Shown here in pieces: positions 25,195 to 35,936 of a DNA stretch of 64,000 bases. Positions within the stretch are counted from its first letter, which is position 1, and each line of letters begins with the position of its first letter. The stretch lies in the NCBI GenBank assembly GCA_965216875.1, contig OZ244207.1, positions 1,792,001 to 1,856,000 on the forward strand, read 5' to 3'. The stretch comes from Rubripirellula sp. (GTDB lineage: Bacteria; Planctomycetota; Planctomycetia; Pirellulales; Pirellulaceae). The translations under genes and the position numbers were made by a program. The notes under the pieces were generated by a model, which was not told the origin of the DNA, made no database searches, and saw only the letters and a list, made by a program, of their open reading frames with translations.

Positions 25195-25899
25195 TTAGAG
25201 GGCGGCGCCTTGTCCTGAGAGGTCGAAGCGGTAGCCGATGTCTCGGATGGTGATGATCCAGCGTGGATTGCGCGGGTCTTCTTCGATTTTTGCGCGCAGC
25301 GTTGTGATGCAACGATCAACGCTGCGTGTGGTCACGATGACGTTGTTTCCCCACACCTGATTAAGAATCTCACCGCGTGTTAACGCGCGCCCCGGGCGAT
25401 TGACAAACAGAGCCAGAAGACCGAATTCTTTGGTCGTTAGCTCGACGGCTTGGCCAGCTCGCTGCAACACATGCGCATCGAGGTCAAGCTGGCAATCTCC
25501 AAATCGCACGATCGTTTCGTCGGGCGTTGAGGTTCGTCTTGAAAGGGCCCCCACGCGGGCGACAAGTTCACGAATGCTGAACGGTTTGGTGACATAATCG
25601 TCAGCGCCGAGATCGAGGCCGCGGATGATATCGTCTTCGTGGTCTTTTGCGGTCAGCATGACGATCGGTGTTTCGATTCCAGCCTTGCGGATCGATTGAC
25701 AGATTTCGAAACCATTTCGGTTAGGCAACATGATGTCAAGCAAGATCATGTCGAACGATTCGCTTGCCGCCGTCTGCATCGCTTGATCACCTTCGGTTGC
25801 GACAATTACGTCGTAACCGCGCGCGACAAAACAGTCGGTCAGGACGCGCACGAGAGCGTCGTCGTCTTCGATAATCAAAATGCGCTTCAACGGATTCAT
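25195..25899 (-). CDS. OmpR-family response regulator
   Basis: ILIIEDD, LLDIMLP, GADDYVTKPF, C-terminal winged helix. Confidence 0.95.
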   Translation of the reverse strand: MNPLKRILIIEDDDALVRVLTDCFVARGYDVIVATEGDQAMQTAASESFDMILLDIMLPNRNGFEICQSIRKAGIETPIVMLTAKDHEDDIIRGLDLGADDYVTKPFSIRELVARVGALSRRTSTPDETIVRFGDCQLDLDAHVLQRAGQAVELTTKEFGLLALFVNRPGRALTRGEILNQVWGNNVIVTTRSVDRCITTLRAKIEEDPRNPRWIITIRDIGYRFDLSGQGAAL

Positions 25900-25903
25900 T
25901 CCT

Positions 25904-27844
25904 CTATCGTGGGCGCGGGAGCGTGACGGTAACGGTCGTGCCAACGCCCAACTCGGATTCCATTGCAACGTGTCCGCCATGAGCCTTGACGATTGTGTGG
26001 ACGAGGCTCAGACCAAGACCGCATCCGCCTCGATGTTCGTCCAGGCCACGGTGCGATTGGTAGTACTTGCGATGGACCCGTTTGGTTTCGGATTGCGTCA
26101 TGCCGATCCCATGATCCGTGACGGTGATCGACGTTTGGTCCGGGGTCGTTTGGCAATCGACATTAATCTTCTTGGAGGTGTCGCTGAACTTGATTGCGTT
26201 GTCAATCAAATTGGTCAAAACGATGACCATCGCATCCTCGTCGGCGCGTATGTCTGGGGCATCGGTAAAGCCAGAGGGGGTGAGTTCGCATTGTTGATTC
26301 TTAATGCGCTGGCCCAGTGCATTGATCGTTCGTTGGTAGATCGTTGCCGGGGAAGTGTCCGCCATGACGAAGCCCTGACCTCTTTCGGCACGCGACAGGG
26401 TGAGCACATCTTCGACGAGCCGGGAGAGTCGCGCGTTCTCGCCGGCAATTAGATGTAGGTATTCGTTCTTTTGTTCGTCGCCGAGCGCGGTCTCGTCGTC
26501 GAGCATTAGGTCGACCATGGCACGCATGGACGCAAGTGGAGTGCGCAATTCGTGAGCGACGATTGCGGCGAGGTCATTCTTCAAACGCGCCGTGTTGAGT
26601 TGCCTGCGGACAATGCTCGCAAGGACAATCGCAAGGAGCGAGGCAATCAAAATGGTGGTGATGCCGGCGGTTGAGTAAAGCGCAGACTGGGACGCCTCGG
26701 CGTCAGGAAAACGGGCCGCATCGGGAATGGCAACGAGGTCGTAGTGGGGCGCGGAGAGCAACGGTGTCGAGTATGCATTCTCAGAGGCAGCTTGGAGTGG
26801 ATTTGCGACCGCGTGGTCCGATTTTGGTTTCAGCTGAAATTCAACTCCGTCGTCAAAGCCTGCAGATAACAACAACTTCTTCGTAGACGTTTCGAGCGAT
26901 CCAGGCGAAAACAGCAACACAATGCCTGACTCGCGGAGCAGAACCGTGGCCATTTCGTCCGAAGGCCCATTCCGCAAGCCCTCTCGCAGGTCCTCGCGGG
27001 ATGTAAAGCGGACCGCTAAGCGTTCGGAGGCTTCGGTTGCAAACGGTTTGCACGCTGGGGCAAATTGCCGAAGCAGGCTCATCGCCATCAAACGCTGCTC
27101 GGATGGGAGCCTAAGTTCGTAATTGGAAAGATGCTGATGAAATGAGGAGGCGAACGCGGGCAATTCATCCGACTGGATCTCCTTCATCCATTGTGCAACG
27201 GCGAGGTGTGCATCAACCCAGATCTGCCTTTGAGTCAAAGAGTAGGCTTCGTTTGGAAGAGTCTCAAATTGACTCCTCAGTGCGTGGATTGCATCAGCGA
27301 TTCGTCCGCTCTTGTGAAGGCATCGGGCGTGCGCTTGCCATGCCAACGCTTCCTCGCGAGGATCGTCTTCGACCAGCGCGATTGCTTTGTAGGCGTCCGC
27401 GGCAACAGCGAATTCCTGTTCGGCATACTCAAGCCGACTCGCATCTTGCCATGCACGTTGGTTCATTCGCAGCGGAGTTCCGGTGCGGTCAGTCGCGCTG
27501 GTGCTTGTGGTTGGGTAGGCAACTTCGCCGCTTGGGTGAAGCACGATGGCGCTATCGGCGATGCCTGAGGCGACGATGGTTGCGAAACGTTTTTGCGGAG
27601 ACACTTGCTTTGTGTCGCGAGCAAGGGACAGGTCGAGTTGCTGCCAATGGTTGTCAACGTGCGCCCCAGCGAGACGCAGCGTTTGGTGGACGAGATTCTC
27701 TTGGCGGTTACCAATCGCATCTCGCTCGTTACGTACCGCTTCCGCTGTCAGCCAAAGCACGGTGGCTGAAGGAACAAGGACAACGGCGGACAAGGTCGCG
27801 ACGAGCAGAAATTGCCCGTCGCGACCACTCTTCCAGAATCTCAA
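25904..27844 (-). CDS. Membrane sensor histidine kinase
   Basis: AHELRTPL, NLIDNAIKF, DHGIG, GLGL boxes; two TMs. Confidence 0.93.
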   Translation of the reverse strand: MRFWKSGRDGQFLLVATLSAVVLVPSATVLWLTAEAVRNERDAIGNRQENLVHQTLRLAGAHVDNHWQQLDLSLARDTKQVSPQKRFATIVASGIADSAIVLHPSGEVAYPTTSTSATDRTGTPLRMNQRAWQDASRLEYAEQEFAVAADAYKAIALVEDDPREEALAWQAHARCLHKSGRIADAIHALRSQFETLPNEAYSLTQRQIWVDAHLAVAQWMKEIQSDELPAFASSFHQHLSNYELRLPSEQRLMAMSLLRQFAPACKPFATEASERLAVRFTSREDLREGLRNGPSDEMATVLLRESGIVLLFSPGSLETSTKKLLLSAGFDDGVEFQLKPKSDHAVANPLQAASENAYSTPLLSAPHYDLVAIPDAARFPDAEASQSALYSTAGITTILIASLLAIVLASIVRRQLNTARLKNDLAAIVAHELRTPLASMRAMVDLMLDDETALGDEQKNEYLHLIAGENARLSRLVEDVLTLSRAERGQGFVMADTSPATIYQRTINALGQRIKNQQCELTPSGFTDAPDIRADEDAMVIVLTNLIDNAIKFSDTSKKINVDCQTTPDQTSITVTDHGIGMTQSETKRVHRKYYQSHRGLDEHRGGCGLGLSLVHTIVKAHGGHVAMESELGVGTTVTVTLPRPR

Positions 27845-27856
27845 CGTTCGGGATCT

Positions 27857-29362
27857 CTACTTTTGGTCACCAAACTGTTCAAGTGCTTTCGCGATCGCTT
27901 GATCGTCGAACTCGACTTCCGACTTGCCGAACGTCTCCAGTTCGGTGCGGTACTGATTGAACTGTTCGATCTGTTCATCGGTCGACTCGACTCGGCAGTT
28001 GTCACTCGGATCGACTCCCCAGCGGTCATCGTCGGTTGCCCCGACGGGCTTTTCTAAGTAGGCGCCGCTTGGCAAATAGAAGCGAGCCGTTGTCAGCGTG
28101 ATGGCTCCGCCGCTATCGAGTGGGAAGAGCCGCTGGACGGTACCTTTGCCAAACGTACGACCACCGACCACGATCGCTCGCTGGCGATCCTTCAATGCGC
28201 CGGCAAGGATCTCGGCCGACGAGGCGGTGTTGCGATTGACCAAAACGGCAATCGGAACTCCTTCGAGCGTGACGCTGGCGTCGGAGGTGAACGATTGGTC
28301 TTTGTCGCGTCCTTTGACGTCAAGGAGTTTGCCGTCGGCCAGGAACATGTCGGCGATATCGAGCGACGTGTCCAGGATCCCGCCACCGTTGTTACGAAGG
28401 TCGATGATCAAGCCGCTGAGTTTGCGATTGGCCAGCGTGTTGAGGGCGACGCGGAAATCGTTCTTGGTTGACTGATTGAATTGAGCGATGCGAATGTAGC
28501 CAACGTCATCATGGTCGCGTAGCACGAACTGCCATTGTCCGTCTTCGGATTTTGAGACGCCGGTAACGCTTGTTAGATGAATCTCGTCCCTGCGGACGGT
28601 GACTTGAAACGGAGGTTGCTCGCCGCGCTCGATGGTCAAAACCACATCGGTTCCCTTCTTGCCTCGAATCGCTTTGATGGCGGCGGCCACGCGCGACGGC
28701 TGGGGCAATGGTTCGATCGCCGTCTCGCCAATCGCGGCGATGGTGTCGTTGGCCACTAAGCCCGCTTTGGCTGCGGGCGAACCGGCGAGGGGCGCTTTGA
28801 CCTTTACCTTGCCATCGGCCAAATCGAGAATGACCCCGATGCCAACGAGCTTTCCGGTGGTGTTGATTGTGAGCGATTCGTATTGCTCGGGATTCATATA
28901 GTTGGAATAGGCATCCAAGTTCCCAAGCACGCCTTGCAGCGCGGCTTCGTTGAGTGCCGTGTCACTTTCGAATTCGTCAACATAATGCTGCTGGATGTGC
29001 TCGATGACCTGGCCAAGCATTGGCGGGGCATCGCCCTGCAGTTGACGTTGGATGTTCAACTTTTGCGGGTAGGTGTCGGCGAGTTGACGCAGCACCTTGG
29101 TCGCTTCTTGCTGTTTGCCCTTCTTGAGAAGGATCAGTCCGACGCGAAGTTTGGCCTCGCTCGCGACTTGGTTAGTTTCGGCGTTGGTGCGGATGATCTG
29201 TCGGTACGTTGCTAAAGCAGCGTCAAGATCACCCAGCGCGTTTTCTTGATAGATTCCTTTCTCAAGAAGTTCGGCGACGGTCGGTTTTTGCGCCGCAGCT
29301 GGTAAGACGAGCATGCCGGCACAGAGGATGGCGGGTAGTGAGTAACGAGCAATTCGGCTCAT
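27857..29362 (-). CDS. S41/CtpA carboxyl-terminal protease with N-terminal TPR-like region and PDZ domain
   Basis: DLRNNGGG, TASSAEILAG, TFGKG; signal peptide. Confidence 0.92.
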   Translation of the reverse strand: MSRIARYSLPAILCAGMLVLPAAAQKPTVAELLEKGIYQENALGDLDAALATYRQIIRTNAETNQVASEAKLRVGLILLKKGKQQEATKVLRQLADTYPQKLNIQRQLQGDAPPMLGQVIEHIQQHYVDEFESDTALNEAALQGVLGNLDAYSNYMNPEQYESLTINTTGKLVGIGVILDLADGKVKVKAPLAGSPAAKAGLVANDTIAAIGETAIEPLPQPSRVAAAIKAIRGKKGTDVVLTIERGEQPPFQVTVRRDEIHLTSVTGVSKSEDGQWQFVLRDHDDVGYIRIAQFNQSTKNDFRVALNTLANRKLSGLIIDLRNNGGGILDTSLDIADMFLADGKLLDVKGRDKDQSFTSDASVTLEGVPIAVLVNRNTASSAEILAGALKDRQRAIVVGGRTFGKGTVQRLFPLDSGGAITLTTARFYLPSGAYLEKPVGATDDDRWGVDPSDNCRVESTDEQIEQFNQYRTELETFGKSEVEFDDQAIAKALEQFGDQK

Positions 29363-29490
29363 GTCCTAGCTCCTTCGTAATGGGATAGAGTTGCCAATTC
29401 ATGGAAACTCTAGCCGGCTGATGTTACCCGCATGTTACCTGTGCGCAACCAGTCTGTCCGATTTGTTGTTTTGTGGGTGGCGTTCGTTGT

Positions 29491-29680
29491 CCGCTCTTAG
29501 GCGGAAGGGGGATGAAGATTCCGGCTGCCTTGTCGCTCTGAGTGTCGCCTTTCGCTCCGCGAAAGTTGCGTTGGTTTGGCGCTGCTTTCGCGGAGCGAAA
29601 GGCGACTATGGGCGTTCGTAGTCCCGCCTTTGGGCGGACGGTGGATGAAGATTCCGGCTGAACCTCGGTACTACGAACGG
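29491..29680. repeat. REP-like palindrome cluster
   Basis: tcgcctttcgctccgcgaaag / ctttcgcggagcgaaaggcga inverted pair; two copies of gatgaagattccggctg. Confidence 0.7.
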
Positions 29681-29795
29681 GTGACTCGGTTGAAGCTCGA
29701 TGTTGAGAGGACGGGAGATTCAGCTCGCAGAGCCGATGCGTTAACATGGCGACTGTGCACCGCCGGATTCCTCTTTTGTAAGCTCGTGTCGTTCG

Positions 29796-30227
29796 ATGTT
29801 GACGGTTTTTTTGTTCACATCTGCTCTCGTCATCATGTGCGTGTTCGTGCATTACGAGGTGCTCGTCTCTGTGGCGAAACTGCGGCGAAAATTTGGGATC
29901 ACCCACCGCCGCTGGATCATCAACTTGATCCTTTGCGCGCTGATCGCCCATGTCTTCGAGATTTCAATTTTTGCATTGGGCTATTCGATCATGGACCCAA
30001 TGGCAGAGCTGGGGCATCTGATCGACAAGAGTGGTGCCGACTCGACCGATTACTGGTACTTTTCGGCCGTCACTTACACCTCGCTCGGGTTCGGTGACAT
30101 TACGCCGGACGGCCCGATGCGTTTTGCCGTTGGCGTCGAAACGCTCACCGGTCTCGTCTTGATCGCTTGGACTTCGTCGATGGTTTTCGTGGAGATGCAG
30201 AATTCCTGGAAGGATCAGGATTCATAG
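29796..30227 (+). CDS. Small potassium-channel-family (pore-only) protein
   Basis: YFSAVTYTSLGFGDITP pore motif. Confidence 0.85.
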   Translation: MLTVFLFTSALVIMCVFVHYEVLVSVAKLRRKFGITHRRWIINLILCALIAHVFEISIFALGYSIMDPMAELGHLIDKSGADSTDYWYFSAVTYTSLGFGDITPDGPMRFAVGVETLTGLVLIAWTSSMVFVEMQNSWKDQDS

Positions 30228-30278
30228 GGGCGACGCTGTCGATCGGTACGCGATTATTTCGTGGTGGCGTTGGAGGGT

Positions 30279-30454
30279 GGGGACTCGTGGCCTCGTCCAC
30301 TACGAAGAAAGCGTCGACCACGAAGAAATGTAGCTACCTTCGCCAGAAGGTGGATTGGGTTGGCTGGTTTGCTTTCGGAAAAGAGGAGCAGGCTCTGGTG
30401 TGCGTTGATAGTGGAGAGGAAAGGTGGGTGGGGACTCGTGGCCTCGTCCACTAC
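30279..30454. repeat. REP-like cluster
   Basis: Two copies of gggactcgtggcctcgtccactacg and gtagctaccttcgccagaaggtgg. Confidence 0.7.
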
Positions 30455-30496
30455 GGAGAGAGTTGGACGTTGCTTCGAGTTTTGCGAACGGCTGCT

Positions 30497-31915
30497 TTAG
30501 GTTTCGGCTGTCGTCGGGAAGATCGGTTCTTTGGGCAAGCGGCCGGCCATGATGTCGGCGACGGGGCGCGTCATTTCGATGCGTTCGAGGATGATCTTTA
30601 GTCCCGCCATGATCGGTGTTGCGAGGAACATGCCGACGATCCCCCACATCATTCCCCAAAACATGAGCGCGAGCAAAATGGTCACTGGGTGGAGATCGGA
30701 CGAGTCCCCCATGATCTTGGGTTCGACAATGTTGCCACTGATCAATTGAATCGAACAGGTGACGGCGATGACTGAGATCATCCAGCCAACGGAGCCTGAT
30801 GGGTCGAGAAGGATAAGTGGAATGGGCAGCAGGCTCGCCACCAGCGGGCCGACATTCGGGATGAAATTCAACAGGAATGCGAGGACGCCAAAGGTGAGTG
30901 CCATCGGCACGCCAAAGAGACGCAGTGACAGCCCGAACGCAAATCCGGTGAAGATCGAGATGATGGTTTTGAGCGTCAGGTAGGATCGGATTTGATGGTC
31001 GACTTCGCGCCACGTTCCCGACGAGTTTAGGTCGGAAGGGGTGCCCAACAGCAGGAAGAAGACATAAATCAAGACCACGACACTTGTTGAAACGAGCGAG
31101 ATCATCGTTTGGGAAACGACCGCGATGCCCTCGCTAATGAAGCGATCGACAAATTCGGCAACCTTCTCGTGGCTTTTTGGGCGAATGGTTGGGACGACGG
31201 GATTGGGCGTCGGAGCGATTGGGGCAACAATCGGGCTCCTCTCAGGGCGCTGTTGCGTGGTTGAAACCACCGACTGCGGCGGCTCGGTTTGGTCTGTCGC
31301 GGTGGCACCTGGTTCGCGATCTCCACCATCGGCGCCGCCTTGTGTCGCCTCTGTTACGGACTTGTCGTCGTCGTTGCTTGGGGGGACTAACGCTTGCGGC
31401 TCTTCCCCATCGCTGGGCTCTTCCGCTGTGTCCGCCTCAGCTGCGCCAGTAGCGGATTGTTGTTTGTCGCTCTTGGTTTGATCGGTGGCGGGATTGCTTC
31501 GTGCATCCTTTTCGCTTTCAGAAGGAGCGTCTTCGCGCCGCATCATGTCGGCGTCTTTCAAAGACAACTCCATGGGGAACATGTTCTCAACCCTGTCGAC
31601 CAATTCTTTGACACGCGCGCGGTAGCGATCCGAGTTGTTGGAAAGGTCGAGCACGGACACCCAAAGTGAACAGCCAAAGACAACAAGGACTGCCAGTCCC
31701 GCGATGAAAGTCAGGACGGCCGCCACAAGTCGTGAGACGCCGAGGCGAACTTCGAGCGTCTTCAAAATCGGACCGACACCGCTGACCACGAACACAGCCA
31801 CGACCAAAGGGACGAGGACCGGTCGCAGCCAATAGATCATGTAGGTGGCGATCGCTGCCGTCAGGACGACAAGGCAAATGGTTTGGGTGTTTGAGCGTGA
31901 TTCGGCAGTTTGCAT
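30497..31915 (-). CDS. AI-2E family transporter with long low-complexity insertion
   Basis: LNFIPNVG, GNIVEPKIMG, WGIVGMFLATP. Confidence 0.9.
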   Translation of the reverse strand: MQTAESRSNTQTICLVVLTAAIATYMIYWLRPVLVPLVVAVFVVSGVGPILKTLEVRLGVSRLVAAVLTFIAGLAVLVVFGCSLWVSVLDLSNNSDRYRARVKELVDRVENMFPMELSLKDADMMRREDAPSESEKDARSNPATDQTKSDKQQSATGAAEADTAEEPSDGEEPQALVPPSNDDDKSVTEATQGGADGGDREPGATATDQTEPPQSVVSTTQQRPERSPIVAPIAPTPNPVVPTIRPKSHEKVAEFVDRFISEGIAVVSQTMISLVSTSVVVLIYVFFLLLGTPSDLNSSGTWREVDHQIRSYLTLKTIISIFTGFAFGLSLRLFGVPMALTFGVLAFLLNFIPNVGPLVASLLPIPLILLDPSGSVGWMISVIAVTCSIQLISGNIVEPKIMGDSSDLHPVTILLALMFWGMMWGIVGMFLATPIMAGLKIILERIEMTRPVADIMAGRLPKEPIFPTTAET

Positions 31916-32133
31916 GGCGTGCCAAAGCGTGATGATTGGTTGGCGATAGGATGTGAGGGATCACCCATTTTCGGGGTGAGTATAGAGCAACCTCCGGTTG
32001 GCGGCACCAGCAATGGTACGATGGCCCACTGGCAAGTCGAGATTCTTTCGCTGAAACCGCTCGGTCAAGCAACGGGTAGCTAGGGGTATGCGATTGAAAA
32101 GGGGCGACCAACAGACAACCAAGAGGACAACGA

Positions 32134-32985
32134 ATGTTGATTCATGCTTCCGCACTTGTGCTGGCTTTGACGGTACTTGCCGAAGGTGCGGCCGAGCCAC
32201 TTCTTGAGTACGACATCCGTGAGAAAATCGTCTACAGCACGGTCGACGATCGCGAGTTGCTGTTGGATGCCTTTGTGCCGAAAGAGGAAGGTGAGTTTCC
32301 GGCGGTTCTGGTGGTCCATGGTGGGGCCTGGCGAATGGGTGATCGCTACCAGCTTCGGGGGTACGCCAAGGAGCTTACCAAGCGAGGCTTCGTCTGCTTT
32401 TTGATTGATTATCGATTGGCACCCAAGCACAAGTTTCCAGCGCAGATCGAAGATTGCCGAGCCGCGGTGAAGTGGATTCGCGAAAACGCTACCGAGTACA
32501 AAGCGGACGCCGATCGGTTGGGCGCAATCGGCTACTCCGCTGGCGGTCACCTTGTCTCGTTGCTGGGGACGACCGGCCAAGGACCGAGCAAAGACAACGG
32601 AAATGTTGATATGCGGATCCAAGCGGTGGTGGCGGGCGGCGCGCCTACCGATTTTCGTTGGTTTCCCGACAAGGGCAATTGGGCCGAGTATTGGATGGGC
32701 GGCAATCTCGACACGGTTCCCGACAAGTTTCGCGATGCATCCTCGGCTGCGTTCGCGGACAAAAGCGACCCGCCGATGTTCTTCTTTAACGGCACGAAAG
32801 ATGAACTTGTGCCAGTGACGTGGACGTTGTCTTGCGTCAACGCACTCAAAGCATGCGGCGTCCAATGTGAGTTGTACGAAATCGAAGACGCCGATCACAT
32901 GGGCGCGGCCGCCGACCAAACCGCACTTCGCAAAGCCTACGAGTTTCTGCAATCGGAGTTGAAGCCGCCCAAAGATAAGGACTGA
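32134..32985 (+). CDS. Secreted alpha/beta hydrolase (esterase/lipase-like)
   Basis: HGGAW, GYSAGGH, D and H triad region. Confidence 0.9.
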   Translation: MLIHASALVLALTVLAEGAAEPLLEYDIREKIVYSTVDDRELLLDAFVPKEEGEFPAVLVVHGGAWRMGDRYQLRGYAKELTKRGFVCFLIDYRLAPKHKFPAQIEDCRAAVKWIRENATEYKADADRLGAIGYSAGGHLVSLLGTTGQGPSKDNGNVDMRIQAVVAGGAPTDFRWFPDKGNWAEYWMGGNLDTVPDKFRDASSAAFADKSDPPMFFFNGTKDELVPVTWTLSCVNALKACGVQCELYEIEDADHMGAAADQTALRKAYEFLQSELKPPKDKD

Positions 32986-33091
32986 TTGGAATTCGCGCGC
33001 CCCGGCACGCGCCCGAGAATGCCACTAAACTGATCTTTCTGTCGGCGCTTGGTCCGGCGAATCAGTTTCATCGAAGTAGGCAACGTGAAAG

Positions 33092-34483
33092 ATGGCGGAA
33101 GCAGCGCAGAAGTCGGGAAGCAAAAAGGTACTCGGTTGCTTGTTGATTGTGCTGGGGCTGCCAGTCCTACTTTGCTGTGGGTTGGCAACGACATGGTTTG
33201 TCCGCGAGTCGTCGGCCAGGGCTGAAGTTGACCGCATGCTCAGCGAACTGGAAGAGCGTGGACAGCCGATTGGGAACGAATCGTTGACGCGTTATCGCGC
33301 GTCGCTGTCCAGTGATGAAAACGCGGCTCGGTGGATGGCCCTTTTGGAGCGGATTGGTGCCAAGCCGTTTCAAGACACCACGCGTGGCGTCCCCTTTGTT
33401 GGCGTGGTCCCTGATGCAGCGACGGAGTATCCGGTCCGGGGCGAGGTTTGGATCTACGAGGACGCTGCAAGAGAGTTTTTGGAACAGAGTGCGTCATTGC
33501 GGGCGGAGATGCACGATGTGGTTGAGGGGACTGGCCCCATTCGTACAAAACTCGAGTTCGATTCCTACAACACGTTGCTTCCGTACGTCCAAAACACTCG
33601 CGATGCGGCGCGGATCGTGATGTTGGAAAACCGAGTCGCAGTCCAAGATGGTGATGCCGAGGGTTCGCTGCACGCGATCTTGGCAATGCTTGGGATCGCG
33701 CGATCGATCGAGCATGAGCCATTGATTGTGTCGCAGTTGGTCTATTCGGCGGTCGTTGCCATGGCAGCCAAGGAAATCGGGCACGCTTTGGAAAACGATC
33801 TACTTGATGAGGATCAACTGAATGCCATCGGCAAAGAGCTTGAACATTTCGGTGACTACAAGCGATCGTATCAAGTCGGGATGTCGGGTGAACGCGCCAT
33901 GGTGATGGCCGTATTTGGTGGTGGCGAATCGACGATCGAGGCGGGACCGCCCATTCGGAGTTCGCGTGATCAGTTGGCGTCACTTGAGCTGTTCGAAACG
34001 GCCGAAAAGGCAATCGAGGAAGCGACGATGGCTGACTTTCTAGAACGACTTGATCAGCACGATTCGTTGATCACTCAACGCATTTCGAGCGGTAACCTTT
34101 TGACTCAGTTTGACACGATGCTGACAGGACTATTGATGCCGGCGATTCGCCCTTTCGGGCAAGCGTGTGCCGAGACGGCTCAAGAGGTCCGAATGGCGAA
34201 AATCGCGATCGCGCTACGGCAATTCGAACGCAAGTTCGATCGTTGGCCTCAAGACTTGAGTGAATTGACAAAGGTTGGTGTCGATTCGGGCAGCGCGGAT
34301 TTTGTTCCGTTTGGCGGGAAGCCATTCGGTTACAAGGTCGTGGATAACGAGGTCGAACTCTGGGCGTTTCCAATCAGTTCGGGGGTTCGCGAAACTCCCG
34401 CAGAACCCAAGCTTTTGTCGTCTCTTGAAGAACGCGAGGCCGAACAATGGGGACGATGGCAATGGAAGCTGCAACGCGATTGA
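33092..34483 (+). CDS. Membrane-anchored hypothetical protein
   Basis: 463 aa, N-terminal TM, C-terminal WPQDLSEL...PFGY motif. Confidence 0.8.
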   Translation: MAEAAQKSGSKKVLGCLLIVLGLPVLLCCGLATTWFVRESSARAEVDRMLSELEERGQPIGNESLTRYRASLSSDENAARWMALLERIGAKPFQDTTRGVPFVGVVPDAATEYPVRGEVWIYEDAAREFLEQSASLRAEMHDVVEGTGPIRTKLEFDSYNTLLPYVQNTRDAARIVMLENRVAVQDGDAEGSLHAILAMLGIARSIEHEPLIVSQLVYSAVVAMAAKEIGHALENDLLDEDQLNAIGKELEHFGDYKRSYQVGMSGERAMVMAVFGGGESTIEAGPPIRSSRDQLASLELFETAEKAIEEATMADFLERLDQHDSLITQRISSGNLLTQFDTMLTGLLMPAIRPFGQACAETAQEVRMAKIAIALRQFERKFDRWPQDLSELTKVGVDSGSADFVPFGGKPFGYKVVDNEVELWAFPISSGVRETPAEPKLLSSLEEREAEQWGRWQWKLQRD

Positions 34484-34520
34484 TGTTATCGTTGCCACAA
34501 GTTCTCTTACGGCTGTCGCA

Positions 34521-35921
34521 TCATTGACGTTTGATGCAATAGAGCCGCTTGGTGGTCCGGATCAATAGCCGGTCCCCGACGATCGCGGGTGTTGCCATGG
34601 CCATATCGTCGTCACCGAGAGAATTCGTTTCAAGTTGCTCGAATTCGGTCCCGGCTTTGAAGACCAACGTCTCGCCGTCTTCGTTGAGGCAAAAGATCTT
34701 GCCGTTATAGGCCCACGGCGAAGAAGTGAATCCGGACTTTCCGATCCTTCGCTTTTTGATCACCCCCGTGCCGTCGTTTGCATTATAGGCGGCAAAGAAA
34801 CCAAAGTCGTAGAGGACGTAAACGATTCCTTCGTAGCCGATGGTTGTCGGGTTGTAGGGGGCTCCCTTTGGTTGGCTCCAAGCGATGAATTCGTTGCTTG
34901 TTGAATCGTCCTTCAAGGAAACATCACCGGAGGCACCGGGACGAATCGCGTACAGAGGGCGCGTTTGGTCGCCAACGTAGCCGGAGCTGACGATCAGCAA
35001 GTCGTTGTGTACATAGGGAGTGGCAATCGTGATGCTCGACATCCCTTCAATTGACCAAAGTTCGTTGCCATCGAGATCGTACGATCGGATGCGTCCGGTA
35101 CCCGGAGTGACGATTTCGGTTCGTTGTTTGTTGCGCCAAATGAAAGGTGATGCCCAATTGCTCTTTTCCTCGCGCGGAGTCCGCCAGATCTGTTGCCCCG
35201 TCGTTTTGTCGAGAGCGAGCAAGTAGGAGTCGTCTTCGTTGTCGTTAACGATGTAGAGGCGATCTTCATGAAGGACTGGCGACGCCGCGTAACCCCAACC
35301 GTAGCGAGTTGAACGTGGCTTGATGGGGCGATCCCAAATCTGATCACCAGCAAGGTCAAAGCAATAGACGCCCAGGCCGCCGAATAACACATACAGATGT
35401 TCGCCGTCGGTCACGGGCGTTTCCGATGCGTAGCTGCTCTTGATATGGATGGCTGTCTTCGGAAGACCTTCGTGAACCATCTTCTTCCAGATCACATTTC
35501 CCGATTCGAGATCAAGGCAATAGACCCACCACTGATGGTTGGACTCGGGTGGTTTGGGGCGATTACCACCGAAGTAAAGTCCCTTCTTCGCAGGTTCGGT
35601 TTCACCGTCGCTGGTGACGGTCGTTATGAACACTCGCTTGCTGACGACGATCGGCGATGACCAACCGCGACCAGGTAAATCGGTTTTCCAGGCAATGTTG
35701 GTATCGCTCGACCAAGTTTCGGGAAGTTGGTTGTTGGTCGCCACCACACCCGACGCGTTTGCACCTCGAAACTGATTCCAGCTCGAACTCGGTTCGTTGG
35801 CTTGCAACCAGGAGCAAAGCACTAGCGATGTCAACAGACCGCAGTGGCTTGCAAGGGAACGTTGGAAGATGCGATCGCGTGAAGTTTGGTGCATCGAAAG
35901 TTCTCCGCGTGGGTGGGCCAA
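34521..35921 (-). CDS. PQQ-like beta-propeller repeat protein
   Basis: WNQFRG, GWSSPIV, repeated W-motif blades; start may be ATG 35894. Confidence 0.88.
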   Translation of the reverse strand: MAHPRGELSMHQTSRDRIFQRSLASHCGLLTSLVLCSWLQANEPSSSWNQFRGANASGVVATNNQLPETWSSDTNIAWKTDLPGRGWSSPIVVSKRVFITTVTSDGETEPAKKGLYFGGNRPKPPESNHQWWVYCLDLESGNVIWKKMVHEGLPKTAIHIKSSYASETPVTDGEHLYVLFGGLGVYCFDLAGDQIWDRPIKPRSTRYGWGYAASPVLHEDRLYIVNDNEDDSYLLALDKTTGQQIWRTPREEKSNWASPFIWRNKQRTEIVTPGTGRIRSYDLDGNELWSIEGMSSITIATPYVHNDLLIVSSGYVGDQTRPLYAIRPGASGDVSLKDDSTSNEFIAWSQPKGAPYNPTTIGYEGIVYVLYDFGFFAAYNANDGTGVIKKRRIGKSGFTSSPWAYNGKIFCLNEDGETLVFKAGTEFEQLETNSLGDDDMAMATPAIVGDRLLIRTTKRLYCIKRQ

Positions 35922-35936
35922 TTGAATTTCAGTGTG

